A program made the translations under genes and the position numbers. A stretch of 64,000 bases of DNA from a bacterium (GTDB taxonomy: Bacteria; Patescibacteriota; Microgenomatia; UBA1400; UBA12108). How positions within the stretch are numbered: the first letter of the stretch is position 1; each line of letters begins with the position of its first letter. The notes beneath the pieces are model-generated. The model was not told where the DNA came from, searched no databases, and saw nothing but the letters and a program-made list of their open reading frames with translations. The stretch is taken from positions 73,810-137,809 of the forward strand of contig JAJYKS010000003.1 in assembly GCA_021788365.1 (NCBI GenBank), in the 5' to 3' direction. This document shows positions 1 through 9,899 of this stretch, piece after piece.

Positions 1-16
1 CAGCGGTAGAGGAAAA

Positions 17-655
17 ATGCAACAACGTGTAGTGACCCCAATTGTGCTAGAACAAGATGCGCGAGTCATCTCTGAATATGCTGCTGTCGCAAAGACATTT
101 GCACATACCTTTCACATAGATATTATCGATGGAATGTATGCCGACAACATAACGGTGGCTCCCGCCGATCTGCAGGAGGTTGATCTGTCACCACTCGCTG
201 TCGACATCCATCTTTTGGTTGATGACCCCGTTGAATGGATCCCTGAGTGTGTGGCATTGTCGCCGACACGAATATTTGCACAGATAGAAAAGATGGGTAG
301 TATCGACCACTACATTGCAACGCTTCGTGAACATCCTGATGTGGAGGTGGGGCTGGGTCTCGGGATACATACGCCACTTTCTGAGCTCACTGACGAGATA
401 TTGAAAAACGTGGATGGGATCATCCTGATGTCTATTGAGGCTGGATTTTCCGGAAATCCGTTTCTTCCTACTGTCTTACCACGTATAACTGAGCTTCGCG
501 CGCGCTACGATGGCGCAATTATTATCGATGGTGGTATCAATGTTGAGCATGCAAGGTCATGTTTTGCCGCGGGAGCGTCCGAGGTGGGTGCAAACAGCTT
601 TATGTGGAAGGGGAATCCGGCAGAGAATTATCAGAACCTATTGGAGGCCGCATGA
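17..655 (+). CDS. rpe: ribulose-phosphate 3-epimerase
   Basis: 212 aa; N-terminal HIDIIDGMYADNITVAP matches the HxDxMDG epimerase motif; ATG at 17; stop overlaps the next start (ATGA). Confidence 0.85.
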   Translation: MQQRVVTPIVLEQDARVISEYAAVAKTFAHTFHIDIIDGMYADNITVAPADLQEVDLSPLAVDIHLLVDDPVEWIPECVALSPTRIFAQIEKMGSIDHYIATLREHPDVEVGLGLGIHTPLSELTDEILKNVDGIILMSIEAGFSGNPFLPTVLPRITELRARYDGAIIIDGGINVEHARSCFAAGASEVGANSFMWKGNPAENYQNLLEAA

Positions 656-1281
656 GTAGCCATTTTATTCACCCGCTGGTAAAAAATATTGCGTTTTTTG
701 GGGATGCAGCAGTATCTGAGCATACGGATCCGTACCGTATGGCGTATCATGCAGCCGAGCTCCTGGCAAAGGAAGGATATGTGATCGTAAACGGAGGCGG
801 TCCTGGTGTCATGGCGGCAGCAACCAAGGGGGCAGAGGTAGCAGGGGGGGAAACCTTATCGGTGACGTTTTATCCAAAGCATGCTACCGGGTTTGAGGGG
901 CGGTATGTGGGAAATGTAACCGATACAGAAATAAAGACGAGTAATTATGTGGAGCGTATGTTTAAGCTCATGGAGCATGCGGACCTGTACCTTATGTTCC
1001 GGGGAGGGACGGGGACAATTTCGGAATTCGGCACTGCGTGGGTCCTGGCTAAGCTCTATTATGGGCACCATAAGCCGTTTATCCTGGTTGGCTCGTTTTG
1101 GCGACCGGTTATTAAGGCCATTGAAGAGAACCTCTTAATAGACAATAAAGAAAAGGCCGTTTTCGAGATCGTGGATACTGTCGAGGATATTCTACCGGCG
1201 ATGAAGCGACTGGAGAAGGACCTCGTGGGAATAGACCACTCGCACTGCAAGGTCTGCAGTGAGGGTGCGTTTATGAGCTAA
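652..1281 (+). CDS. LOG family protein (TIGR00730, cytokinin riboside 5'-monophosphate phosphoribohydrolase-like Rossmann protein)
   Basis: Start trimmed to the ATG at 652 overlapping the rpe stop; VIVNGGGPGVMAAATKGA and MFRGGTGT motifs are typical of the LOG/YvdD family. Confidence 0.75.
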   Translation: MSSHFIHPLVKNIAFFGDAAVSEHTDPYRMAYHAAELLAKEGYVIVNGGGPGVMAAATKGAEVAGGETLSVTFYPKHATGFEGRYVGNVTDTEIKTSNYVERMFKLMEHADLYLMFRGGTGTISEFGTAWVLAKLYYGHHKPFILVGSFWRPVIKAIEENLLIDNKEKAVFEIVDTVEDILPAMKRLEKDLVGIDHSHCKVCSEGAFMS

Positions 1282-1413
1282 TGTTTCGGCAAATCAGCAA
1301 ATCAGCTAGTCGGCAGGCCAGTGCATCGGTTTGTCGGTGTGTCGGCTGATCTGCTGGTCTACTGATAAGCTGACTAGCTGACTAGCTGGTCTACTGGTAC
1401 ACTGAACATTAGT
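1282..1413. repeat. low-complexity intergenic repeats built from AATCAGC / TAGTCGG / CTGACTAG(C) units
   Basis: Direct reading: caaatcagcaaatcagctagtcggc ... ctgactagctgactagctggtctactgg. The same motif family recurs at 18752-18815 and 23961-24010. Confidence 0.5.
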
Positions 1414-2238
1414 ATGCCTGCCCAGGATTTACATACAATAGCCCAGCAGCTTCGACGTGATGTTATTACGATGGATTACCACGCCGGGGGTGGGCACATT
1501 GCGGGACCATTATCTTCCGCCGATTTGTTTGCGCTTCTCTATTTTGGCGGGGTGGCACACCTCAACCCCACTGACCCCTGGTGGGAGGAGAGGGATAGGA
1601 TCGTTCTTTCGGCAGGACATTATTGTCCGCTCCTTTACGCGTCACTTGCCCGTGTGGGTTATTTTCCTGTAGAAGAGCTATCGACCTTTATGCAGATAAA
1701 CTCGCGGCTGCCGGGACACCCGGAGCGGCGGGGAGACGACAGCACGCTCCCCGGGGTGGAAGCAACGACCGGACCTTTAGGACAGGGTGTATCCGTGGCT
1801 GTAGGGATGGCGCTTGCCCTCTTTTTGCGACGAAGCGAATCACGAGTGTATTGTGTTATGTCTGACGGAGAATTACAGGAGGGCCAGGTGTGGGAGGCTA
1901 TAACTTTTGCGGTGCGGCGGCAGCTCTCGAACCTCACTTTTATCGTGGATGCTAACGGTATACAGATAGAACATTATACGGAGGAGATCGTTACGGGAGA
2001 GATTGCGGCGAAGTTAGAGGGGTTTGGACTTCACGTACTTGAGACAGATGGGAACGATATAGACAAACTGCGCGCGACACTTGAGCTTGCAAAGACGGTT
2101 CGAGACGAGCCAGCGGCAATTGTCATGCATACAACGGCGGGGAAGGGTGTGTCGTTTATGGAACGCTCTCCTGTGTGGCATGATGCGGTTATTACCAAAG
2201 AACAGTATGAGCAGGCAATAAAGGAGTTGGAAAAATAA
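1414..2238 (+). CDS. transketolase, N-terminal (TPP-binding) subunit
   Basis: 274 aa; GHIAGPLSSADLF, GHP...GVEATTGPLGQG and DGELQEG motifs; split transketolase architecture. Confidence 0.85.
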   Translation: MPAQDLHTIAQQLRRDVITMDYHAGGGHIAGPLSSADLFALLYFGGVAHLNPTDPWWEERDRIVLSAGHYCPLLYASLARVGYFPVEELSTFMQINSRLPGHPERRGDDSTLPGVEATTGPLGQGVSVAVGMALALFLRRSESRVYCVMSDGELQEGQVWEAITFAVRRQLSNLTFIVDANGIQIEHYTEEIVTGEIAAKLEGFGLHVLETDGNDIDKLRATLELAKTVRDEPAAIVMHTTAGKGVSFMERSPVWHDAVITKEQYEQAIKELEK

Positions 2239-2366
2239 TATGGCCAGTCGAACGAATTTTTTACTTTCACTTCCGCTCCTTCCAGGAAAAATCTGTTTAC
2301 TTGTGCCTCGTTGCACAGATTTTTCTTGGGCGGTGCTCATAAATCGCAAAAAATTGTTCGCCAGGC

Positions 2367-3377
2367 ATGTTGGAGGCGCGAATGTTCAATGATTCGTATT
2401 TGAGACCAGATTGGCGGACACCGGATGAGCGGCCGATACGGGACGGAGTGGGCGAGGGGCTCTTGCGTGTGGGGGACGACGAGCGGGTTATTGTACTAAC
2501 GGCTGATCTCGGCGGGTCTACCCGTGTAAAAGTATTTCAGGACGTGTACCCTGATCGATACTTTGATGTAGGTGTAGCAGAACAAAATATGGCAGGCGTT
2601 GCTGCAGGACTGGCGCTTGAGGGATATAAACCGTATATGTCGTCGTATGCTACATTTTCACCGGGGCGCAATTGGGAACAAATACGGGTGTCGATCGCAC
2701 TCACTGCGGTTAACGTCAATATAATCGGCAGTCATGGTGGCGTTGCAAGTGGTATTTATGGACCAACACATCAGGGAACCGAAGATATAGCGCTCATGCG
2801 GACGTTGCCCAACATGACAGTTTTGGTGCCAGCGGACGCGACACAGCTATCCGCTGCAATTGTCGCGGCACATGAGCATATGGGTCCGGTGTATATTCGG
2901 GCTGCACGACCGCCAATGCCGGATTTTACTCGGGAGATTCCGTTTACGATAGGGAAGGCTTATGTACTGCGAGAGGTAACGACTACATCGAAGAGAATGG
3001 TGACGCTCTTGGCAACGGGAGCAACTGTATATGAAGCTTTGGTTGCGAGTGAGCAGCTTGCCAAAGAAGGGGTGGAGTGTGAGGTTATCAACGTTTCTAC
3101 GATTATGCCGCTCGACGGTGATACCATCCGGCAAAGTGCAAGAAGAACAGGGTATGTGGTTACCATAGAAGATCACCAGGTAGTGGGAGGGTTGGGTGGG
3201 GCGGTGACAGAGGTCCTCTCAGAAACCTGTCCCGTACCGATAAAGCGAATAGGTTTACAAAACCGGTTTGGGGTATCGGGCTCGTGGCGAGATGTTTATC
3301 GCGAGATGGGTATAGATAGACAAGGTATTGTGCGAGCCGTTCGCGATTTTGTCCTAAACAGGCCTGTGGTACAGTAG
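2367..3377 (+). CDS. transketolase, C-terminal (pyrimidine-binding) subunit
   Basis: 336 aa; FDVGVAEQNMAGVAAGLALEGYKPY motif and a C-terminal domain; follows the N-terminal subunit. Confidence 0.85.
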   Translation: MLEARMFNDSYLRPDWRTPDERPIRDGVGEGLLRVGDDERVIVLTADLGGSTRVKVFQDVYPDRYFDVGVAEQNMAGVAAGLALEGYKPYMSSYATFSPGRNWEQIRVSIALTAVNVNIIGSHGGVASGIYGPTHQGTEDIALMRTLPNMTVLVPADATQLSAAIVAAHEHMGPVYIRAARPPMPDFTREIPFTIGKAYVLREVTTTSKRMVTLLATGATVYEALVASEQLAKEGVECEVINVSTIMPLDGDTIRQSARRTGYVVTIEDHQVVGGLGGAVTEVLSETCPVPIKRIGLQNRFGVSGSWRDVYREMGIDRQGIVRAVRDFVLNRPVVQ

Positions 3378-3382
3378 ATGTC

Positions 3383-4336
3383 ATGAGTAATTACGATGTC
3401 GTGACCGTGGGGAGCGCAGTCCTCGACATTTTTATGAAGAGTGACAAATTCCGTCTTATGCACACCGATGCCGTGCCTGGTGGTGTTGCGATGTGTGAGG
3501 TATACGGAGGGAAGATGGAGGTACAGGAGGTGACCATTGCGTCTGGTGGCGGCGGGACGAATACAGCCGTGTCGTTTGCTCGGAAAGAGCTGAAAACCGC
3601 AACGATCGCAGAAATGGGGAATGACCCGGCGGCGCTCGTGGTGTACAAGGATTTGGAAGAGGCGGGCGTGGAGACACGTTATGTGGTACAAGTGGCTGGC
3701 GAGACCACGGCGGTGTCGGCGATCCTCATTGGTACCGATGGTGGGCGGTCTGTCATCACGTATCGCGGTGCCTCGGCAATGCTTACTAAGCACGACATTC
3801 CCTTTGACGATATTGAGGCGCGGTGGGTACATATTAGTAGCTTGGGGGGTAACCTCTCGCTTCTTAAACAGCTCCTCGACTGGGCGAAGCGAAAACATGT
3901 GCGCATATCCTTGAATCCCGGGATGCCAGAAATAGATCGACGAGAGAAGCTCATCCCGCTTCTCTCCGAAGTTGAGGTGCTTTTTCTCAATCGTGAGGAG
4001 GCGGCAGCACTTTTTGATGTAAATCTTGCTGACGAGATGGTGTGGAAAACACACCCCTTTACCGGTGGGGCAAAAGTGGTGGCCATAACCGATGGATCGC
4101 GTGGAGGAAAAGTTTGTATAGACGGGAAGCAAGTATTTTACGAAGCTGACCGCGTGAAGCACGTCGTAAATACGACGGGAGCAGGGGACGCGTTTGCCTC
4201 GGGGTACGTTGCAGCAATATTGTATGGTAAGGATTACGAGAAAGCGATACTGTGGGGGCGGGCGAATTCGACATCGGTGCTGTCGCAGGTTGGTGCAAAA
4301 AAGGGACTCTTAACTTTGGCGGAGATAAATCGCTAG
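3383..4336 (+). CDS. PfkB-family carbohydrate/ribokinase-like kinase
   Basis: 317 aa; C-terminal NTTGAGDAFASGYV is the PfkB signature; adjacent to pentose-phosphate genes. Confidence 0.75.
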   Translation: MSNYDVVTVGSAVLDIFMKSDKFRLMHTDAVPGGVAMCEVYGGKMEVQEVTIASGGGGTNTAVSFARKELKTATIAEMGNDPAALVVYKDLEEAGVETRYVVQVAGETTAVSAILIGTDGGRSVITYRGASAMLTKHDIPFDDIEARWVHISSLGGNLSLLKQLLDWAKRKHVRISLNPGMPEIDRREKLIPLLSEVEVLFLNREEAAALFDVNLADEMVWKTHPFTGGAKVVAITDGSRGGKVCIDGKQVFYEADRVKHVVNTTGAGDAFASGYVAAILYGKDYEKAILWGRANSTSVLSQVGAKKGLLTLAEINR

Positions 4337-4337
4337 T

Positions 4338-4465
4338 ACGCCCTCATAATTTTTTGGTTTCCTGTTATATTTTCCTTCCACGCTCGCCGCGTTCGACCGC
4401 TTTGCTTGCTCACTAACGGCTCACTTGGGTGGAAAATATAGCGTCACAAAAAATTACGAGGGCGT
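4338..4465. repeat. 18-bp inverted repeat (1 mismatch) spanning the convergent pfkB-kinase / ldh stop codons, arms about 92 nt apart
   Basis: acgccctcataatttttt at 4338-4355 pairs with aaaaaattacgagggcgt at 4448-4465; each arm overlaps the stop codon of one convergent gene. Confidence 0.4.
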
Positions 4466-4467
4466 GT

Positions 4468-5400
4468 TTACACCTCGTCGAGGTGGGAGTGAATGACTTC
4501 GGCGGAGGTGCGGAGGGATTCTAATTCGTCAAGGGCAAGGGGCAGATCTATGATTTCGTGAATGCCATTCCTGCCGACGACGGAAGGGAGCGAAAGTGCA
4601 ACGTTTTCCAGGCCATATTGACCAGAGAGAGGTGAGGAGAGCGGCATAATTTTTTGCTCGTCTCGACTCACGGCTTGTACAATACGGGCGACCACGGAGG
4701 CAATACCATAGTACGTGGCGCCCTTTTCGGCGATAACGTTATATGCATCTTTTCGTGCCTGCTCTAATGCCCAGTCAACGTGTTCTTTGGTCATGCTGTC
4801 AAATGACAAGAGTGGCTTGCCACCAATCGTTGCGGTCGAGATTGGGGCAAACGACGAGTCGCCGTGTTCACCGAGTACGTATGCGTGAATGCTGGTGGGG
4901 TTTACGTCTACCGCTTTTCCTAAGTGTGTGCGGAAACGAGCGGTATCTAGGAGTGTCCCGGAACCAAAAACCCGACCGGTGGGGAGCTTGGCAACTACGG
5001 CTGCCCTGTACGTCATGATGTCTAGGGGGTTTGCCACCATGAGAATAAGTGTGTGGGGGGCGTGTTTGACGATTTTGGGGATGACGGCGTCGACAATGGC
5101 ACAGTTGGTTTTTGTAAGGTCTAGTCGTGTCTGACCTGGTTTTTGTGCACAGCCGGCGGTAAAAATCACCAGGTCGGTACCTTCCAAATCCTCGAACCTG
5201 TCTGTTGCAGTCACTGTTGCGTGGGGGAGAAAAGGCATGCCGTGCTCGAAATCGGCTTTTTCGCCCTCTGCTTTTTTTATCTCACGGGAGTAGAGCACGA
5301 GATCGGAAACGAGACCTTTTAAGAGGAGTGCGTAGGCGCACGTGACGCCTACCCGACCAAGACCAACGACGGCGACTTTGAACGTTTCATGTTTGAGCAT
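4468..5400 (-). CDS. ldh: L-lactate dehydrogenase
   Basis: ORF trimmed from the 521-aa track ORF to the Met at 5400 (MLKHETFKVAVVGLGRVG Rossmann motif). The upstream extension overlaps cmk and is spurious. DxxxxFTAG and MVANPLD motifs, about 311 aa. Confidence 0.8.
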   Translation of the reverse strand: MLKHETFKVAVVGLGRVGVTCAYALLLKGLVSDLVLYSREIKKAEGEKADFEHGMPFLPHATVTATDRFEDLEGTDLVIFTAGCAQKPGQTRLDLTKTNCAIVDAVIPKIVKHAPHTLILMVANPLDIMTYRAAVVAKLPTGRVFGSGTLLDTARFRTHLGKAVDVNPTSIHAYVLGEHGDSSFAPISTATIGGKPLLSFDSMTKEHVDWALEQARKDAYNVIAEKGATYYGIASVVARIVQAVSRDEQKIMPLSSPLSGQYGLENVALSLPSVVGRNGIHEIIDLPLALDELESLRTSAEVIHSHLDEV

Positions 5401-5430
5401 TGCCTTTAGTATACATGTATTCCAGAACCC

Positions 5431-6159
5431 TTGTATGATACGATAGTTGGCGTGGTGAAAACATTTCAGATAGCGATAGATGGGCCGGTTGCGGCGGGGA
5501 AGGGAACGACGGCGAAGCTCGTGGCACAGCGCCTTGGATTTCTCTATGTCGATACTGGTGCGATGTACCGATCTCTTACCTTGTACAGCCAGCGAGCGGG
5601 AGTGGTACTTACGGATGAGGCGGCAGTGGTCGGCCTTTTGCAAAAAGACAAACCCCATGTCGATCTGCGCGTACCATCCGAATCTGAGCGCGATGGTAGG
5701 TTGTGTACTGTACTCTTGAATGGCGAGGATGTTTCTTGGAAAGTGCGGACTGAGGAGGTGTCGCGTGGTGTTTCTATTATTACCCAATATGCGGGTGTCC
5801 GCGATATGATCACGCCTCTTGCGAGAAAAATTGCTGAAACTCAAGACGTCGTCATGGAGGGGCGAGATATTACTAGTGTCGTGCTGCCTCGTGCTGACAT
5901 GCTCATATATATGGACGCGCAGCCAATGGAACGGGCGATAAGGCGCCATCGAGAGCTCCTCATGCGTGGGGAGGATGTTACCCTCGATCAGGTACACGCT
6001 GACCTCGTGGAGCGTGACGAGCGAGATAGTCACCGACAGATCGCTCCCTTAAAGAAAGTGCCGGGTGCGTGGATATTGGACACTACGGGGATGACCATCG
6101 ATCAAGTGGCGGACAAAATAGTGGAGCGTGTCAATGAAAAAAGATCTCAAGAAAATTGA
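5431..6159 (+). CDS. cmk: cytidylate kinase
   Basis: IAIDGPVAAGKGTTAK P-loop typical of Cmk; the start may be a downstream GTG (5452/5455). Confidence 0.8.
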   Translation: MYDTIVGVVKTFQIAIDGPVAAGKGTTAKLVAQRLGFLYVDTGAMYRSLTLYSQRAGVVLTDEAAVVGLLQKDKPHVDLRVPSESERDGRLCTVLLNGEDVSWKVRTEEVSRGVSIITQYAGVRDMITPLARKIAETQDVVMEGRDITSVVLPRADMLIYMDAQPMERAIRRHRELLMRGEDVTLDQVHADLVERDERDSHRQIAPLKKVPGAWILDTTGMTIDQVADKIVERVNEKRSQEN

Positions 6160-6439
6160 GCTTGAAAACGAAACTTCAGACGTAGACGAGAAGGAGCTGA
6201 AGAAAGAGCAGCGGCAGGAGAAACTGGCGCGGCGGAAAAAGGCGAAGCAAAAAGATACTGTCGCGCGGTGGAGCGGACTTATTCTCCTTGGCCTTATCCT
6301 TATCCTCAGCTTTATTTTATGGGTGGCAGGTGAAGTAGAGAATGGGTCCCAAAGTGGTGGGTCTCCTGTTCGTGAACAGGCACCATTTGTAGAGTCAATC
6401 TCGTCACCAACTCCCTCTGGTGTAGTGCAATTTCAGTGA
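6128..6439 (+). CDS. hypothetical small membrane protein (lysine-rich N-terminus, one TM helix)
   Basis: 103-aa ORF overlapping the cmk 3' end by 32 nt; TM segment WSGLILLGLILILSFILWVAG; no recognisable family. Confidence 0.3.
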   Translation: MSMKKDLKKIELENETSDVDEKELKKEQRQEKLARRKKAKQKDTVARWSGLILLGLILILSFILWVAGEVENGSQSGGSPVREQAPFVESISSPTPSGVVQFQ

Positions 6440-8700
6440 ACATAGACAATGCTTGCAGCAGAGTCGGTAATGGTGCCACCTTGGTTATTTGCACAGTCGA
6501 TCTTTGGTTCGGTGCCTGGTATGAAGTAATCGTACACTGGTGTTGTACCCTGGCATCTGGCCACGGCTCGCGCCATGGTGGTCGGCGGGGTAAAGGGTGG
6601 TGTATCCACCCCCTGTAGCAGTGCGCTCATCGTGTGACTCCATATGGGACTGGCACCGGTTATGCCGGAAGCAACTGAGCTCATTGGTGAGTTGTCGTTG
6701 TTCCCAACCCAGGTGGCTACAAGTATGTGAGGTGTGTAGCCGAAGGTCCAATTGTCCCGCAAGTCGTTGGTTGTTCCGGTCTTTACCGCAACGATCTTGC
6801 CAGGAATGTTTAGCACAGAATTGGTACCAAAGGCGAGCGCACGAGCGCCGTTATCAGAAAGTATGCTACTTATTTCGTAGGCGACTGCGGCGGGAATAAC
6901 TTGCTGGTATTTCGAGGAGCCTCCCTGAAGTAGTTCTTTCCCCGACGAATCTTTTATTGAGAGGATGGCACGGAGTGGGACTTTTTCACCACCATCTGCG
7001 AGGATGGAGTAGACCTGGGCCATATCGATCATGCGCACCGCACCTCCGCCTAGGGTGAGTGCCAGGCCATACTGGGAAGGGTCGTTCCATGAGGTGATAC
7101 CCATTTGCCTTCCCAGTTTTACCATATTGTCTACACCGAGCGTGTTTAGAAGTTTGGTTGCTGGAATATTGAGCGAAGAGGCGAGCGCTGTGCGCAAGCT
7201 TACCGTACCGTGGAACGTACCATCGTAATCACGAGGGCACCAGTCTGTGCTACCTATCTGCCGGTAGCAAATGGGTGTGTCATCTATAGTTGAGTTTGGT
7301 GTAAAGCCGTTCATGAATGCAAGGGAATAGGTAACGGGTTTAATGCTGCTCCCGGGTTGGCGCAGTTGTAGGGTAACATTAACTTGCCCATCCTCTTTTG
7401 TGTCGAAAAAGTCGTGTGAGCCAACCATTGCTAGGATGTCGCCGGACTTTGGATCTACAACAAGTCCTGCGCCGTTGCCAACATGTAAATTTTTGAGACG
7501 GGAGAGCTCGGTATTTATTTCCTTTTGTAGCAGATTTTGCGTTTTTAAGTCGAGCGATGTAACTACCGAGAGGCCACCGCGATCAACCATGTCCTCACCG
7601 TATTCTTTTACTAGAAGGTCTTTTATATACATTACGAAGTGTGGAGCAAGGATGCCAACCCCTTCGGGGTGGAAGGCGAGCGTTTTGTCTTTTGCCGCGA
7701 CTGCGTCTTTTTGGGAAATGTATCCAGCCGTAGCCATTGCCTGTAATACGTTTTCTTGGCGCACCTTACCAAGATATGGTGTTGTGCCAAAGGGGGATAG
7801 GGTGGTTGGAGCGACGGGTAGTCCAGCCAGAAGTGCTGCTTCGGGGAGCGACAGGTCTTTTGCGTGCTTGCCGAAATAGCTTTCAGCGGCCTCTTCGATA
7901 CCATAGCTCGTCCCGCCATAGGAAATCTGATTGAGATACATTTCTAGAATCTGATCTTTTGTGTAGGTATGTTCAGCTTCGAGTGAGAGCACTAGTTCTT
8001 TTAACTTACGCGTTAGGGATTTTTGAGGGGAAAGCAGTACATTTTTGACCAGTTGTTGGGTAAGTGTAGAACCACCTTCGAGTGAACAGTTTCCTCGCCC
8101 TAGATTGCAATTCTCAAAATCTGTTATAGCAGCGCGGGCGATGCCCGTTACATCTAGTCCTGGGTGTGAGTAGAAGTTTTTGTCTTCGGCAGCGAGTGTC
8201 GCTTTCCACACATATGGTGGCAGATCTGAGAGGTTTACGAGGGTGCGGTTTTGATCTTTGTATATTTGGTAGAGAAGCATGCCATTTCGGTCGTAAATTT
8301 TTGTAGTCAGTGATGGCGCGTGATCAGCTAGGAGCGTTATGGGGGGAAGGTCTCTTAAAATATACCAGTAGAACAGTCCGCCGATTGTGCCAATTATGCT
8401 TAATATGCAAAATATAATTATCGGAATTTTCAAATTCCAATTCTCAATTCTCAAAAGAGAAACAGCGATGGGCTTGGTAGAATGTCGAGTATGCTTTGAT
8501 TTTTGTAGACGTACTTTGGGGAAACGAAGTGGGGGAAGGCGGACTTTGCTACGTAAAAGTTGGTGAGTAGCTTTTGTGAACAATGAAGTGGCTGTGACAA
8601 AAAATAGGGCAAGCAATGTGAACAATAAATAGGCTGGTTTACCAAGTAATTCTAGAAATTGTACGACAACACTTTTCTCTGGTTTTACCTTCTTTCTCAC
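6433..8700 (-). CDS. class A penicillin-binding protein (PBP1A-type bifunctional transglycosylase/transpeptidase)
   Basis: 755 aa; N-terminal TM; GT51 motifs (EDKNFYSHPG, GGSTLTQQL); transpeptidase SxxK (QPGSSIKP), SxN and KTGTT motifs. Confidence 0.85.
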   Translation of the reverse strand: MRKKVKPEKSVVVQFLELLGKPAYLLFTLLALFFVTATSLFTKATHQLLRSKVRLPPLRFPKVRLQKSKHTRHSTKPIAVSLLRIENWNLKIPIIIFCILSIIGTIGGLFYWYILRDLPPITLLADHAPSLTTKIYDRNGMLLYQIYKDQNRTLVNLSDLPPYVWKATLAAEDKNFYSHPGLDVTGIARAAITDFENCNLGRGNCSLEGGSTLTQQLVKNVLLSPQKSLTRKLKELVLSLEAEHTYTKDQILEMYLNQISYGGTSYGIEEAAESYFGKHAKDLSLPEAALLAGLPVAPTTLSPFGTTPYLGKVRQENVLQAMATAGYISQKDAVAAKDKTLAFHPEGVGILAPHFVMYIKDLLVKEYGEDMVDRGGLSVVTSLDLKTQNLLQKEINTELSRLKNLHVGNGAGLVVDPKSGDILAMVGSHDFFDTKEDGQVNVTLQLRQPGSSIKPVTYSLAFMNGFTPNSTIDDTPICYRQIGSTDWCPRDYDGTFHGTVSLRTALASSLNIPATKLLNTLGVDNMVKLGRQMGITSWNDPSQYGLALTLGGGAVRMIDMAQVYSILADGGEKVPLRAILSIKDSSGKELLQGGSSKYQQVIPAAVAYEISSILSDNGARALAFGTNSVLNIPGKIVAVKTGTTNDLRDNWTFGYTPHILVATWVGNNDNSPMSSVASGITGASPIWSHTMSALLQGVDTPPFTPPTTMARAVARCQGTTPVYDYFIPGTEPKIDCANNQGGTITDSAASIVYVH

Positions 8701-8750
8701 TCTGTTATTGTACGTCTCACCTGTTCTGTGTGTCTATGAGCAGTTGCTGC

Positions 8751-9899
8751 TTATCGCAGATTATTTTCTATAGTATTCCAAAGTGGGGAGTTGCTTCCTT
8801 CGTAGCCTAAGGCCCAAATTGCAATGCCGCCGAGACCAGCGGTTTTAACAAGGTCGAGCTTGAGGCCAATACTGGTTGCGTTCTCGTAGTAGTACTGCTT
8901 AATTTTGCCTGCCTCGGTTGTAATAGAGTAGGGAGAAAGTGTGTCACGGTCCCACAGCTCAGCGAGCGAGCCATTTGTTATGCTTGCCTCTACGGTTGAA
9001 AGCTTGGCTATTCCTCCCATTTTTGTCGGCGCGGCATATTTATCTGTGGATGACGTTGTCCATACGTAGCCGTAAAAGGGAATACCCAGGAGTACTTTCC
9101 TCGGTTCTATATATCGCAAGGTCTCCGCCAGATTTTTGGTAACGTCTTCATTAAAGAGTGTGGGGGCACCACGAAGTGGCGCGACGGGGCCCGTTTGGTC
9201 TGAGCTTGCCTGGAAATAATCATATGCCATGAGTACGAGGTAGTCGACATGAGGTGCGAGGCCAGCTATATCCCATAGACGCGCTCTGGTTGCGGAGATG
9301 GAGTAGATGTCCACGGAAAGCGTCATTGGCTTGCTTTGACGTTTTACCTCCTGGTATAACTCCGCGATAAACATGGTAAAGTTTGCTTGTTCGCTTGGGG
9401 CTATGCCCCCAGATGGCTCAAAATCAATATTTATTCCTGAGGCTTGTAGTGCGATCGACGTGCGTATGATGTTTGTGATCGCGTTTTGTCGAGCGGCAAC
9501 ACTCCCTAATAATACCTCAATCTCGTCCGTACCATTTCCTACGAAGGTGAGTGTCAGTGGTTTTTGTATAGAGACTGTGTCGGCGAGAAGACGTTTGTAG
9601 TTTGTGTATCCCGGCTCTTCTTCTCGACGATTGAGGTATTGTACGACAGAGCCGTTTTTATCGAGCCGTAGGGAGAAATAAGCAATGTCTGTTGTTCCTG
9701 CCAGCTCTTCCGCACTTAGTAGTTTGAGATTCCAGTAGGGGAGGAAGCCCAGGATAGTGTAGTTTTTGGTGGGTAGGTTGTAGGTTGGTGTGGATACTGA
9801 AGAAAACGGTGACAGTGGAATGCTTGGAGGTAAAACGAGATACGTACCAAGGGCGCAGAGCGCAACGATGGGAATAATAAGTAACAGCTTTTTTATCAT
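8751..9899 (-). CDS. glycoside hydrolase family 18 (chitinase/YaaH-like) protein with an N-terminal TM anchor
   Basis: Start trimmed to MIKKLLLIIPIVALCAL (ATG at 9897-9899, overlapping the stop of the upstream PBP). GINIDFE (DxDxE-type) and LVLMAYDY GH18 motifs. Confidence 0.7.
   Translation of the reverse strand: MIKKLLLIIPIVALCALGTYLVLPPSIPLSPFSSVSTPTYNLPTKNYTILGFLPYWNLKLLSAEELAGTTDIAYFSLRLDKNGSVVQYLNRREEEPGYTNYKRLLADTVSIQKPLTLTFVGNGTDEIEVLLGSVAARQNAITNIIRTSIALQASGINIDFEPSGGIAPSEQANFTMFIAELYQEVKRQSKPMTLSVDIYSISATRARLWDIAGLAPHVDYLVLMAYDYFQASSDQTGPVAPLRGAPTLFNEDVTKNLAETLRYIEPRKVLLGIPFYGYVWTTSSTDKYAAPTKMGGIAKLSTVEASITNGSLAELWDRDTLSPYSITTEAGKIKQYYYENATSIGLKLDLVKTAGLGGIAIWALGYEGSNSPLWNTIENNLR

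Noticed and set aside
5400-6033. 5' extension of the 521-aa minus-strand ORF beyond the ldh start
   Set aside because: It overlaps the well-supported cmk gene on the other strand and lacks protein-like composition; ldh begins at the Met with the Rossmann motif (5400).
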